Notes: a model not told the origin generated them from the sequence alone. Shown: positions 50,329 through 57,926, numbered from the stretch's first letter. The stretch is DNA of 64,000 bases from Oscillospiraceae bacterium (GCA_015065005.1 SVRE01000003.1:4164-68163); one strand, 5' to 3'. Numbers and translations are program-made.

Positions 50329-51726
50329 TCAACCCAGATTATATCCGGGGTATTGTCCGGGAGAAGCTTGATTCCCGTCATATAAATCCCTGTATGTTGA
50401 TGTGATTGAGTCCCAAGTGCTTGAGGAAACAATTCCTTGGTTACCAAGGCCGAAAATTTCCTTGTAGGCAAGGACAGCACGCTGTGTGGCAGGACCAAAA
50501 ACTCCGTCAACAGCGGTTTTTGGAATAGATGTGTATGTATTAGAAATATAGTTCAAATATTCCTGCAAAGCGCTGACCGCCTCTCCACTTGATCCGATTC
50601 TTAAAACAGTGCCTGGGTAGGGTAGAGTAATACTGCTGAAATACCCTTGTGGCAAGGAATTAATGATGCCCACATATTCGCGGTATAGTCTATCCCAATC
50701 CTGTAATCCAACCTGACCGGTTATCTCTAATCCATTTGCACGCTGAAAGGCTTCAAGCGCATTTTTTGTTCCACTTCCGAAAATGCCGTCAATGGAAACA
50801 GGAGGAATTTCGTTGTTGAATTCTGATGCTAAATTCAGTAGATATTGAAGCTCATATACCTCAGCACCCGTGTCACCCTCTTCTAAAAATGAATTGAATA
50901 AGAGCTCGATTTCCTCTTGGCGTATACCCTCGGATGTCAAATCGTTAAGTCGCTTTACCGCATTAAAGGTTCTTTGTATGCTATACCAGGTTTCCTTTCC
51001 CACAAGGCCGTCAGGATTCAAATCAAATGCACGCTGGTATTCACGTACCGCATTTTCTGTTTCTTCACCAAAAACTCCGTCAACAGGGTAGATTTTAGGT
51101 ATAGATGGGAAATTTTTTGAAATTCTGTTCAGCCGAAGCTGAACCTGCTGTACTGCATTACCCAAATCGCCAATGCCCAAGGTGCGTCCGTCCCAGGTCT
51201 GTGTTCTGCCGCCAACGGGTGCATTTCTGACAAGCTGAATATTATCGCCATAGTAAAATTGCAATATTTCAAATGGCGTGTAGCCCTGCTCGGCTAAGCT
51301 GACAGTACCCCATTGCTCAAGTCCCTGGCAACGTAGCTCACGCCCGTCACAGTAAGCGGCAAAAAACGGTTCAATGCTACCACTCATAATGATGTAGTCA
51401 TTAAAAATCTCATCTACTATTTGAGATATGTTTTCAAATATATCTCGCCCATTTACAAAGGATTGGTCAATTCCAATAGAATTTGTAATATCAAAATCGT
51501 ATCCGCGGGAGCGGTAGTAATCTGTGTAAATTCTGTTAAGCGCAAAGGATATTTGGGCATACACGTTAGCGCGTATGGCGTTTTCGGGCCATGTGGGGAA
51601 AATTTCGCTGGATGCTACGTTTTTTATGTAGTCAACAAAAGGTACGGTAACGTTAGGTGCATCAGAATCTGGCGCACCTAAGTGTACTGTGATAAATTCC
51701 GGAATAACAGGTGTAGTGTTGGGCAT
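50329..51726 (-). CDS. SpoIID/LytB-like domain protein with three PG-binding repeats (SleC-like cortex-lytic enzyme candidate)
   Basis: The N-terminal VPFVDYIKNVASSEIFPTWPENAIRANVYAQISFALNRIY resembles the SpoIID amidase-enhancer/lytic transglycosylase motif. Three PG_binding_1-like repeats follow. Confidence 0.55.
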   Translation of the reverse strand: MPNTTPVIPEFITVHLGAPDSDAPNVTVPFVDYIKNVASSEIFPTWPENAIRANVYAQISFALNRIYTDYYRSRGYDFDITNSIGIDQSFVNGRDIFENISQIVDEIFNDYIIMSGSIEPFFAAYCDGRELRCQGLEQWGTVSLAEQGYTPFEILQFYYGDNIQLVRNAPVGGRTQTWDGRTLGIGDLGNAVQQVQLRLNRISKNFPSIPKIYPVDGVFGEETENAVREYQRAFDLNPDGLVGKETWYSIQRTFNAVKRLNDLTSEGIRQEEIELLFNSFLEEGDTGAEVYELQYLLNLASEFNNEIPPVSIDGIFGSGTKNALEAFQRANGLEITGQVGLQDWDRLYREYVGIINSLPQGYFSSITLPYPGTVLRIGSSGEAVSALQEYLNYISNTYTSIPKTAVDGVFGPATQRAVLAYKEIFGLGNQGIVSSSTWDSITSTYRDLYDGNQASPGQYPGYNLG

Positions 51727-51735
51727 AAAACCTCC

Positions 51736-52158
51736 TTAAAGGGCAGTGTTTGGCGTTTCAACAAATCTTCGTGTGGAGCTTGGAAAATCATCAACTTGAC
51801 TTGCGTATTCAATCAAAGGGATAAGCTCAACAGGTTGAATGGCGGTAATTCCTTGGAAAATCGGCACATTGATGTAAGAATTTGAATAAAAGCCCTCCCT
51901 TGATGCCTCAATGTTGTAAACAGAGAATGGATTTTCATTCCCCGGGGTCAAAGACAGCTCTTTGTTCTTTGTGTTAAGCGCCACCTTTGGCGCTCTGCCA
52001 TCTTGGTCGGTGTAAAGGGTGTATATTATTCTTCCTCTTTCACCGCCCTCGCTGCTCGGTGTATACTCATAGATGTTAATTTGTGCGTTTTCAACAGGTA
52101 ACGCACCGTTAGCGGTTTTTGCAATTACTTGCAAAAAGCCTATGCTTTCACTATTCAT
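51736..52158 (-). CDS. Hypothetical protein, possibly with a carboxypeptidase-regulatory-like beta-sandwich
   Basis: GGAGG RBS before ATG 52158. About 140 aa of beta-rich sequence. Confidence 0.45.
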   Translation of the reverse strand: MNSESIGFLQVIAKTANGALPVENAQINIYEYTPSSEGGERGRIIYTLYTDQDGRAPKVALNTKNKELSLTPGNENPFSVYNIEASREGFYSNSYINVPIFQGITAIQPVELIPLIEYASQVDDFPSSTRRFVETPNTAL

Positions 52159-52219
52159 AAAAATACCTCCGTTTCTGCTTGGTGCTATTACATAGTATGC
52201 AAAAAACAAAATCTGGCTA

Positions 52220-52248
52220 TTGACTTTTGGAAAAAATCGCAGTATAAT
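52220..52248 (+). promoter_or_regulatory. Sigma-A consensus promoter of the queT leader
   Basis: TTGACT, 17 nt spacer, then TATAAT. Confidence 0.7.
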
Positions 52249-52277
52249 ATTTTTGCTTTAGTCGCAAGGCTACGGTA

Positions 52278-52318
52278 GTGAGTTCGTAACCATCCTCACT
52301 TAAATCAAAACTAAGGAG
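52278..52318 (+). promoter_or_regulatory. preQ1-I riboswitch (translational, SD-sequestering)
   Basis: GUGAG-UUCGUAACCAUC-CUCAC-UUAAAUCAAAACUAAGGAG. It has a 5-bp P1, a loop of the type seen in the T. tengcongensis aptamer, and an A-rich tail ending in the SD sequence. It lies immediately upstream of queT. Confidence 0.75.
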
Positions 52319-52325
52319 AATTTTA

Positions 52326-52826
52326 ATGAAAAAATCAAAGGCGTTATATTTAACGCAGGCAGCTCTTGTTGCCGCAATGTACGTTGTGCTTACCCTTGTT
52401 TCAAGTGCTTTTGGCTTGTCAAGCGGTGCGGTGCAGCTTCGCCTTGGGGAAGCGCTTTGCGTTTTACCTTATTTTATGCCTGCCTCTGTGCCGGGCTTGC
52501 TTATTGGTTGCATAATTGCAAACTTTATTTCGGGCGCTGTTGTCTGGGATGTAATCTTCGGTTCACTGGCAACGTTAATCGGTGCATATGTTGCATCTAA
52601 AATCAAATGCAAGTATCTTGTACCCTTGCCAACCGTGCTTTCAAATACGGTTATCGTTCCGTTTATAGTTTTGCTCTTTTATACTCCCGGGGTCAAATCC
52701 TTTTGGGTGTATTTGACAATAACGGCAGGTGTTTTTGTTGGTGAGGTATTGTCAGCATATCTGCTTGGTATGGTTTTGCTGATAGCTCTTGATAAAAGAA
52801 AGGGCATTTTCACAAAAAAACGTTAG
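52326..52826 (+). CDS. queT: Queuosine precursor transporter QueT
   Basis: QueT-like 5-TM translation (LTQAALVAAMYVVLT...), with a preQ1 riboswitch upstream. Confidence 0.8.
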   Translation: MKKSKALYLTQAALVAAMYVVLTLVSSAFGLSSGAVQLRLGEALCVLPYFMPASVPGLLIGCIIANFISGAVVWDVIFGSLATLIGAYVASKIKCKYLVPLPTVLSNTVIVPFIVLLFYTPGVKSFWVYLTITAGVFVGEVLSAYLLGMVLLIALDKRKGIFTKKR

Positions 52827-52840
52827 GATATTACATACTA

Positions 52841-52880
52841 AAAGGGACTGTTTGATGGTAACAGTCCCTGATTTATTTTT
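52841..52880 (+). terminator. Intrinsic terminator after queT
   Basis: GGGACTGTT / AACAGTCCC stem followed by TGATTTATTTTT. Confidence 0.7.
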
Positions 52881-52954
52881 GAAATGCTTCTTTAATCATT
52901 GATTTTTATCTCTTAATGTGGTAAAATTAAGAAAACAAAAAGCGAGGTATGGAT

Positions 52955-53866
52955 ATGGCAAAAGGGAAATTAACAAAAAGAAAAAAGCAAAAGCTGATAA
53001 AGGGCGGCTTAACCCTTGTCTGCCTTGTGATATTGGCTTTGCTTTGGTTTATATTTAAACCGGAACAAGAGGTGTATGAGGTTCCAAAGGGCACGGCTGA
53101 GCTTCACTTTATTGATGTGGGACAGGGGGATGCCACACTTATCAAGTCAGGGGACAAGAATATATTGATTGACACAGGTGAATATGACGCAAAGGAAGCG
53201 CTTTTTAAATATCTTGACAAATGTAATGTCAAGGAAATTGAGTATTTTGTGGTAACACATTTTGACTCTGACCATTTTGCAAATGCAACAGATGTGCTTG
53301 ATAGCTATGATGTTAAAAAGCTCATAATTCCCGACCAGGTGAAAACAACCAAAACATATGAAAAATTTATTTCCAAGGTTGAAGAGCAGGTAAAATCAAA
53401 GGATATTGAGGTTTTAAATGCAAATGAGATGATTGGCGAAAAGCTTGATGTTGAAGGCTTGGAGTTAACGGTTATGGCACCGCTTAGAAATGATTACGAT
53501 AATTCAAATGATTACAGTGTGGTTTTAATGGCTCGCTATGGAAACAAAAGGGTGTTGCTCTCAGGAGATGCTGAAAAGGAAGCAGAGAAGGATATAGTAG
53601 AAAAATATAATTCTCTTAGCTTGGACTGTGATGTGTTTAAGCTTGGTCACCATGGCTCAGGTACCTCATCAAGTCAGGAATTGCTTGATTTGGCAACTCC
53701 TTCCTACGTTATCGCATCCTGTGGCAAGGACAATAAATACGGTCATCCTCACAAGGAGGTGCTGGAAAGAACCAAAGGTATGAAGCTTTACCGCACAGAT
53801 GAGCAAGGAACTATAATTATTTCAATAGCAAATGATGAAATAACGGTAAAAACCGAAAAATCATAA
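52955..53866 (+). CDS. Membrane-anchored ComEC/Rec2-related metallo-beta-lactamase-fold hydrolase
   Basis: N-terminal TM segment, FIDVGQGDA, THFDSDH and GHHGS motifs. The start is set at ATG 52955. Confidence 0.75.
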   Translation: MAKGKLTKRKKQKLIKGGLTLVCLVILALLWFIFKPEQEVYEVPKGTAELHFIDVGQGDATLIKSGDKNILIDTGEYDAKEALFKYLDKCNVKEIEYFVVTHFDSDHFANATDVLDSYDVKKLIIPDQVKTTKTYEKFISKVEEQVKSKDIEVLNANEMIGEKLDVEGLELTVMAPLRNDYDNSNDYSVVLMARYGNKRVLLSGDAEKEAEKDIVEKYNSLSLDCDVFKLGHHGSGTSSSQELLDLATPSYVIASCGKDNKYGHPHKEVLERTKGMKLYRTDEQGTIIISIANDEITVKTEKS

Positions 53867-54324
53867 CCACCAGTGCAACTGGCGGTATGCATACCCCTAA
53901 AAGGGGATATTACAGGCTTAGCCGCAGTATACCAGTCGAACCAGATTTGGAGCGATAAATAAAGCCTTATGCTGCAACGAAAAAATCTTGCCGATTTTTA
54001 ATCGCTCGCGCTTTTTTGTCTTGCCTAAGCCTCTATTTATTCGCTCTAAATTCGTTAAGCAATCTATTCGCACATAATAGGCGAGGGGATTTCAATAGAG
54101 AAAGACGCAGACATATAAAAATATTTCAAGGCTTTATCTGTTGGAAGGCACCGTCTATTTTGCGCGATAGACGGGTTCGATTGGGTATACTGTGGCTAAA
54201 TTCTAATTACGGTAATGGCTGTTGCCGCGGATTTTCACCGCTGTTTCCTTATCATCGGCAAAGCTGGGTGAGCTATGCCGACAGGCAAGTTGAACCTGCC
54301 CCGGTTGTGTTTATTCTTTTGTGT
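53850..54324 (-). ncRNA. Candidate large structured ncRNA of unknown class (strand tentative)
   Basis: There is no credible ORF. A consensus promoter lies at 54359-54331 and an intrinsic terminator at 53885-53867, both on the minus strand. The region contains many nested helices (listed in the findings). Confidence 0.45.
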
Positions 54325-54330
54325 AGATAT

Positions 54331-54359
54331 ATTCTACAATTTTTTCCCCAAAATGTCAA
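54331..54359 (-). promoter_or_regulatory. Sigma-A consensus promoter reading into the structured region
   Basis: On the minus strand: TTGACA, 17 nt spacer, then TAGAAT. Confidence 0.6.
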
Positions 54360-54397
54360 GAGGTTTTATATATTAAGCGGAATTTACATTTTAAGGG

Positions 54398-54426
54398 TTG
54401 AAATTTGTCATTTTGTAGTGTACAAT
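54398..54426 (+). promoter_or_regulatory. Sigma-A-type promoter of the XRE gene, divergent from the previous promoter
   Basis: TTGAAA, 17 nt spacer, then TACAAT. Additional TATAAT boxes lie downstream. Confidence 0.5.
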
Positions 54427-54477
54427 GTTCCATATAATACAAAAAGACAGTATAATTAACAGTTTGAGGAGAGAAAA

Positions 54478-54795
54478 ATGGTAGATTCAAGATTAGGTCA
54501 GCGCATACAAATGTATCGCGAAAAGGCTGGAAAGAGCCAAGAGGAGTTGGCAAATTACATTGGTGTCAGCATAACATCAATTTCAAATATAGAGCGTGGC
54601 GCTAATTACCCCAGCTTTGAGAATTTTATCAAAATTCTAAATTTCATTGGTGCTTCGCCTAATGCGGTTATGTTTGAATTGGTTGAGCAGGCTCAGGTTT
54701 CAAGGGCGAGTGAGCTTTGGGACAAAATGAAAAGGCTTGATGCTGATAAGAGAAATCAAATTTTCAGAATAATTGAAATACTTCTTGAAGAATAA
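54478..54795 (+). CDS. XRE-family HTH transcriptional regulator
   Basis: HTH_3 motif (KSQEELANYIGVSITSISNIERGANYPS) and GAGGAGAG RBS. Confidence 0.85.
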   Translation: MVDSRLGQRIQMYREKAGKSQEELANYIGVSITSISNIERGANYPSFENFIKILNFIGASPNAVMFELVEQAQVSRASELWDKMKRLDADKRNQIFRIIEILLEE

Positions 54796-54831
54796 TACAA
54801 ATCCCTTGTGCAAAAGCACAAGGGATTTGTA
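54796..54831. terminator. Bidirectional intrinsic terminator
   Basis: 16-bp stem TACAAATCCCTTGTGC / GCACAAGGGATTTGTA, between convergent genes. Confidence 0.85.
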
Positions 54832-54832
54832 T

Positions 54833-56755
54833 TTATTTTGGTATTTCTAAACCGTAAGCATAGACTCCTGTGTCTGTTATTACGTAATAGTATCCCTTTC
54901 GATAATAGCTACGCACTGCGTTTTTGTCCGAGAATGAAAGCGGTTCACTTAAAAGTGTGTTGAAGCCTTCACCGTCAAAGTGCAGCAAAAGGTATTTGTT
55001 TGTATATCCCACATTTAACTCATATGATTTCATTGCAATACCCAGGAGCTTTCTTGAGCTGTCAATGTAATAAGCATTACAATCCGTTGAATAGTAAGTG
55101 TTTTTCAGCTCATGTGAGTAAACGGTCACGTTTTTGCCGTTCTCCTTTTTATAAATGTCAATTTTCAACGCCTGTGAGTTGGAACCAACACCTATGCTGA
55201 TAAAATATCCGCCTCCGAAATCTATAAGTGAGGTTGGGTAGCCTTTGCTTGTGTCTGTGCGTTCACAGGTTATGTTTTCAGGGTCGCTTGTATCAAAAAC
55301 AAACACAGGGTCCGCCAAAATTCCATTTATTGAGGTGTAAGCATAGGCAAAATTCCCCTCGTATCTGACAAGTGACAGTGTTTCGCCGGCTGTGGCAAAA
55401 TTTTCAACCTTGGAAACTGTTTTCATTGCTTTGATGTCAATACAATACAAGCTTGCACTTGTTTCATACCAAATGTAGCCCTGCCCATCCTTAGGGATAA
55501 ATGAGGTTGTAGCCAATAAAAGCATGCCATCCTTTTCCCTTAAATTGGTTATATCATTGACGTAACCGTTAACTAATGCTGTACCCTTGTGCTGCAGCTT
55601 CCCGTCACCGTAGGAAATGACAGATATTTCTGTGTTATACGGTACAGTCAGATAATCAATGCTGCTATCTCCTGCGAAAATGCGCCTGGTTAAGAAGATG
55701 CTTCCGCCTGACACATAAACCTTGTCGCTATATGAAAGATATGCAGCGGTTTCCTTAACTGTGGCATTTCCTTGGTCAAGCTTTGTAACCATTAAATATG
55801 AGCTTGAATTTATATTATTTGGGAAATAAATGTTTTCCGAAAAAATTTCCTTATTGTTTTCACGGTAAAATGGCATATAGGTAAACGGCTTTTCCTTGCT
55901 GTAGCTTTTTTGTATCTGATAACGTGTAAACAGCAAAACCTCGCCGTTTGACATATGGGAGGAGGCATATGTGCCTGACACCATTTTAAAATCCGTCACC
56001 TTAACGGTAGGGGTACGGCTTATATCAAGCGTAAGCACACCTGTTACGGGAGACTTGCCGGGAATTGCTATCAATGTCAGTGTATTTTGATCAGGGGAAA
56101 GATACATTTTCCAGCCGTATTCGTAAGCATAGTTATCGGGAATACCCGTTTCAACATCAAGCCAGCCAATAGACCTTACATATTCCCTCATTTCATCAAC
56201 ATAACCGCCAAGGGAAAGCATGGAAACAAGGGTGCTTTCGCCGTTTTCCACTGAGTAAACGCAGAGCTCCTTTCCACGCAAATAGAAAATATGCGTCTCA
56301 GTTATCTTAATTATGTCACCATCGGGGTTTTCATTAAAGTTAAGCTCACCGTTTGAATGTGAGGTCTCGTTTTCGAGTTGAGCTCCGCTTGAAAACAGCT
56401 TTTCAAGGGCATCTAAAAGTGCTGCGTTTTCAACAATTGTTGTATTTCCGCTATCCTCCGGGAGATTTGTATCCTCCTGGTCATTTGAAGGGTTTTGCAC
56501 CTGGTTTAAGCCACCGCCCCCGCTTGGGGTGCTGGGTGCAGGTGGACTTACAGGGTCATCCCTTGTTAAAAGCGGAATAAAAATTGCTAAATTCAAAACA
56601 AGCAAGCAGCAAGCAACCGCTACAAAAAATGTTGTCCATTTAAACTTAGTGGGCGGAACGGAGGATGCTATCTGTTTCAGCCTTTGCGGGTCGCTTTCGC
56701 TTATATATTTATCATCAACCAGGCTCATAATGTCAAGCAGCTGTCTGTTTTTCAT
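54833..56755 (-). CDS. Putative anti-sigma factor: N-terminal cytoplasmic segment, one TM, extracellular beta-propeller-like domain
   Basis: 4-nt overlap with the sigma factor gene. One TM segment at about aa 40-62, followed by a Pro/Gly linker and a large beta-rich domain. Confidence 0.6.
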   Translation of the reverse strand: MKNRQLLDIMSLVDDKYISESDPQRLKQIASSVPPTKFKWTTFFVAVACCLLVLNLAIFIPLLTRDDPVSPPAPSTPSGGGGLNQVQNPSNDQEDTNLPEDSGNTTIVENAALLDALEKLFSSGAQLENETSHSNGELNFNENPDGDIIKITETHIFYLRGKELCVYSVENGESTLVSMLSLGGYVDEMREYVRSIGWLDVETGIPDNYAYEYGWKMYLSPDQNTLTLIAIPGKSPVTGVLTLDISRTPTVKVTDFKMVSGTYASSHMSNGEVLLFTRYQIQKSYSKEKPFTYMPFYRENNKEIFSENIYFPNNINSSSYLMVTKLDQGNATVKETAAYLSYSDKVYVSGGSIFLTRRIFAGDSSIDYLTVPYNTEISVISYGDGKLQHKGTALVNGYVNDITNLREKDGMLLLATTSFIPKDGQGYIWYETSASLYCIDIKAMKTVSKVENFATAGETLSLVRYEGNFAYAYTSINGILADPVFVFDTSDPENITCERTDTSKGYPTSLIDFGGGYFISIGVGSNSQALKIDIYKKENGKNVTVYSHELKNTYYSTDCNAYYIDSSRKLLGIAMKSYELNVGYTNKYLLLHFDGEGFNTLLSEPLSFSDKNAVRSYYRKGYYYVITDTGVYAYGLEIPK

Positions 56756-57312
56756 AGCTTAATCCCCTCCTTTTCCAAATGCTTTTTAAATTTAGACCTG
56801 AGTCTTGAAAGAATAATTTTTACATTGTTTTCGCTTAGCCTGCAGGTAATTGCAATATCCTTCACAGAGGAAAGATACCAATACCTCTGCATAAAAATAA
56901 GCCTTTTTTTGGTGTCAAGTGAGCCTAAAAATTCGTTCAATGCCTTTTTTAAGGCAAGCTCGTCAACCATAGTGCAATCGCCCAAGGACGTGTCAGATAT
57001 AATTTCGCTAATCTCATCAAAAACAAGCTCTATTGCATCATTTCGCTTCTTTGCGTGGTTTTTGTCATACATATCAAGGGCAAGGTTACGTGTTATCTTT
57101 CCTAAAAAAGCCTTTAAATTATCAGGAATAGTGGGCGGTATGGAGTTCCAGGCGCGCAAATATGTATCGTTAACACATTCCTCGCTATCCTGGTCAGACA
57201 ACAAAATGTTGTTTGCGACATAATGGCAGTACCGACCGTATTTTTGCTCGGTTTGAGAAAGTGCCTCTTCGTTTCTGCGAAGATACATTTCAACTATTAA
57301 TTTGTCATCCAT
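56752..57312 (-). CDS. Sigma-70-family (ECF-like) RNA polymerase sigma factor
   Basis: Region 2 (DSEECVNDTYLRAW) and region 4 HTH (SVKDIAITCRLSENNVKIILSRLR). Confidence 0.85.
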   Translation of the reverse strand: MDDKLIVEMYLRRNEEALSQTEQKYGRYCHYVANNILLSDQDSEECVNDTYLRAWNSIPPTIPDNLKAFLGKITRNLALDMYDKNHAKKRNDAIELVFDEISEIISDTSLGDCTMVDELALKKALNEFLGSLDTKKRLIFMQRYWYLSSVKDIAITCRLSENNVKIILSRLRSKFKKHLEKEGIKL

Positions 57313-57349
57313 GTCGCCACCTCCTTTTGAAAAATTTATTTTTCAATCA

Positions 57350-57387
57350 ACACAAAGTGTTGTATGTAATCACACAAAGTGTGTATG
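57350..57387. repeat. Two direct copies of ACACAAAGTGT(T)GTATG spaced 22 nt apart (operator-like)
   Basis: Copies at 57350-57366 and 57372-57387. Each contains the palindrome ACAC-N3-GTGT. They lie 38 nt upstream of the sigma factor start codon. Confidence 0.6.
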
Positions 57388-57558
57388 AAATCTTAACAGG
57401 CGCAATAGAATCAGCGGGTAGAAAAACGAAAGCGCCACAATGCCGAATTTTGTCCCGTTCACCTTAATAAACGGATTTTAACCCCAAAGGGTTACACCTG
57501 TTTATAATTTTATTGTAACATTTTTTTATATTACTTGCAATAGCAAAATAAAAGAGCC

Positions 57559-57816
57559 TTATTCAAGGCTCTTTTTCATATCAAAGCTCTTAATATGTTC
57601 TTTTATGATATTTTCGTTAACGGTTATTTTTTCGTTTACAGCTCGATAAAGCAAATCCTTTAAATTGTCGAAAAAATCATTCAATTCATTTTTTTCAAGA
57701 AAATAATAAGTTAAAAACCAATAAATGTCAAGCTCATCATCTGTTAACACATGCCTGCTCAAATATTTGTATACTTCCCAGTCTAATTCGGTATGCACAA
57801 AAGCTTCTTTTTCCAT
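57559..57816 (-). CDS. Hypothetical 85-aa acidic protein
   Basis: ATG start with an RBS-like GGGG upstream. A terminator hairpin overlaps the stop. No motif was recognised. Confidence 0.45.
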   Translation of the reverse strand: MEKEAFVHTELDWEVYKYLSRHVLTDDELDIYWFLTYYFLEKNELNDFFDNLKDLLYRAVNEKITVNENIIKEHIKSFDMKKSLE

Positions 57817-57926
57817 AAAAACCCCTTATTTCTATCATTGCACTTGTATAGGTGCAAGAATATCTTAACATAATACTATAATAAAGTCAAGATATTGTTC
57901 TTAAATAAGTGCAGGAGGTTGTGGCT

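Noticed and set aside
53930-54185. tRNA or tRNA-like element, suggested by GGTTCGA T-loop-like strings
   Set aside because: The two strings are simply the complementary arms of the long inverted repeat. No T-stem, anticodon arm or acceptor stem can be drawn.
53903-54200. tmRNA (ssrA) hypothesis, prompted by GGGGAUAUUACAGG..., UCGAAC and GGGUUCGAUU strings
   Set aside because: There is no 3' acceptor strand complementary to the GGGG 5' end, and no CCA-proximal T-arm with a complementary stem. No tag reading frame ends in ALAA-like codons plus a stop. There is no smpB nearby.
54200-54310. Cobalamin riboswitch on the minus strand (AAGGAAACAGCGGUGAAAAUCCGCGGCAACAGCC...ACCGUAAU resembles the B12 core)
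   Set aside because: The similarity is limited to the GGUGAAAAUCC hairpin and a few flanking bases. The B12-box-like CAGG...CCUGCC lies on the wrong side and in the wrong orientation, and no gene lies downstream on that strand. I kept it only as a note to test with a covariance model.
54016-54459. 147-aa ORF in the track that covers the structured intergenic region
   Set aside because: It has a TTG start and no RBS. Its composition is Arg/Cys/Tyr/Phe-rich with no recognisable domain. It runs through both divergent promoters and through the helices of the candidate RNA. It is most likely a chance open frame.
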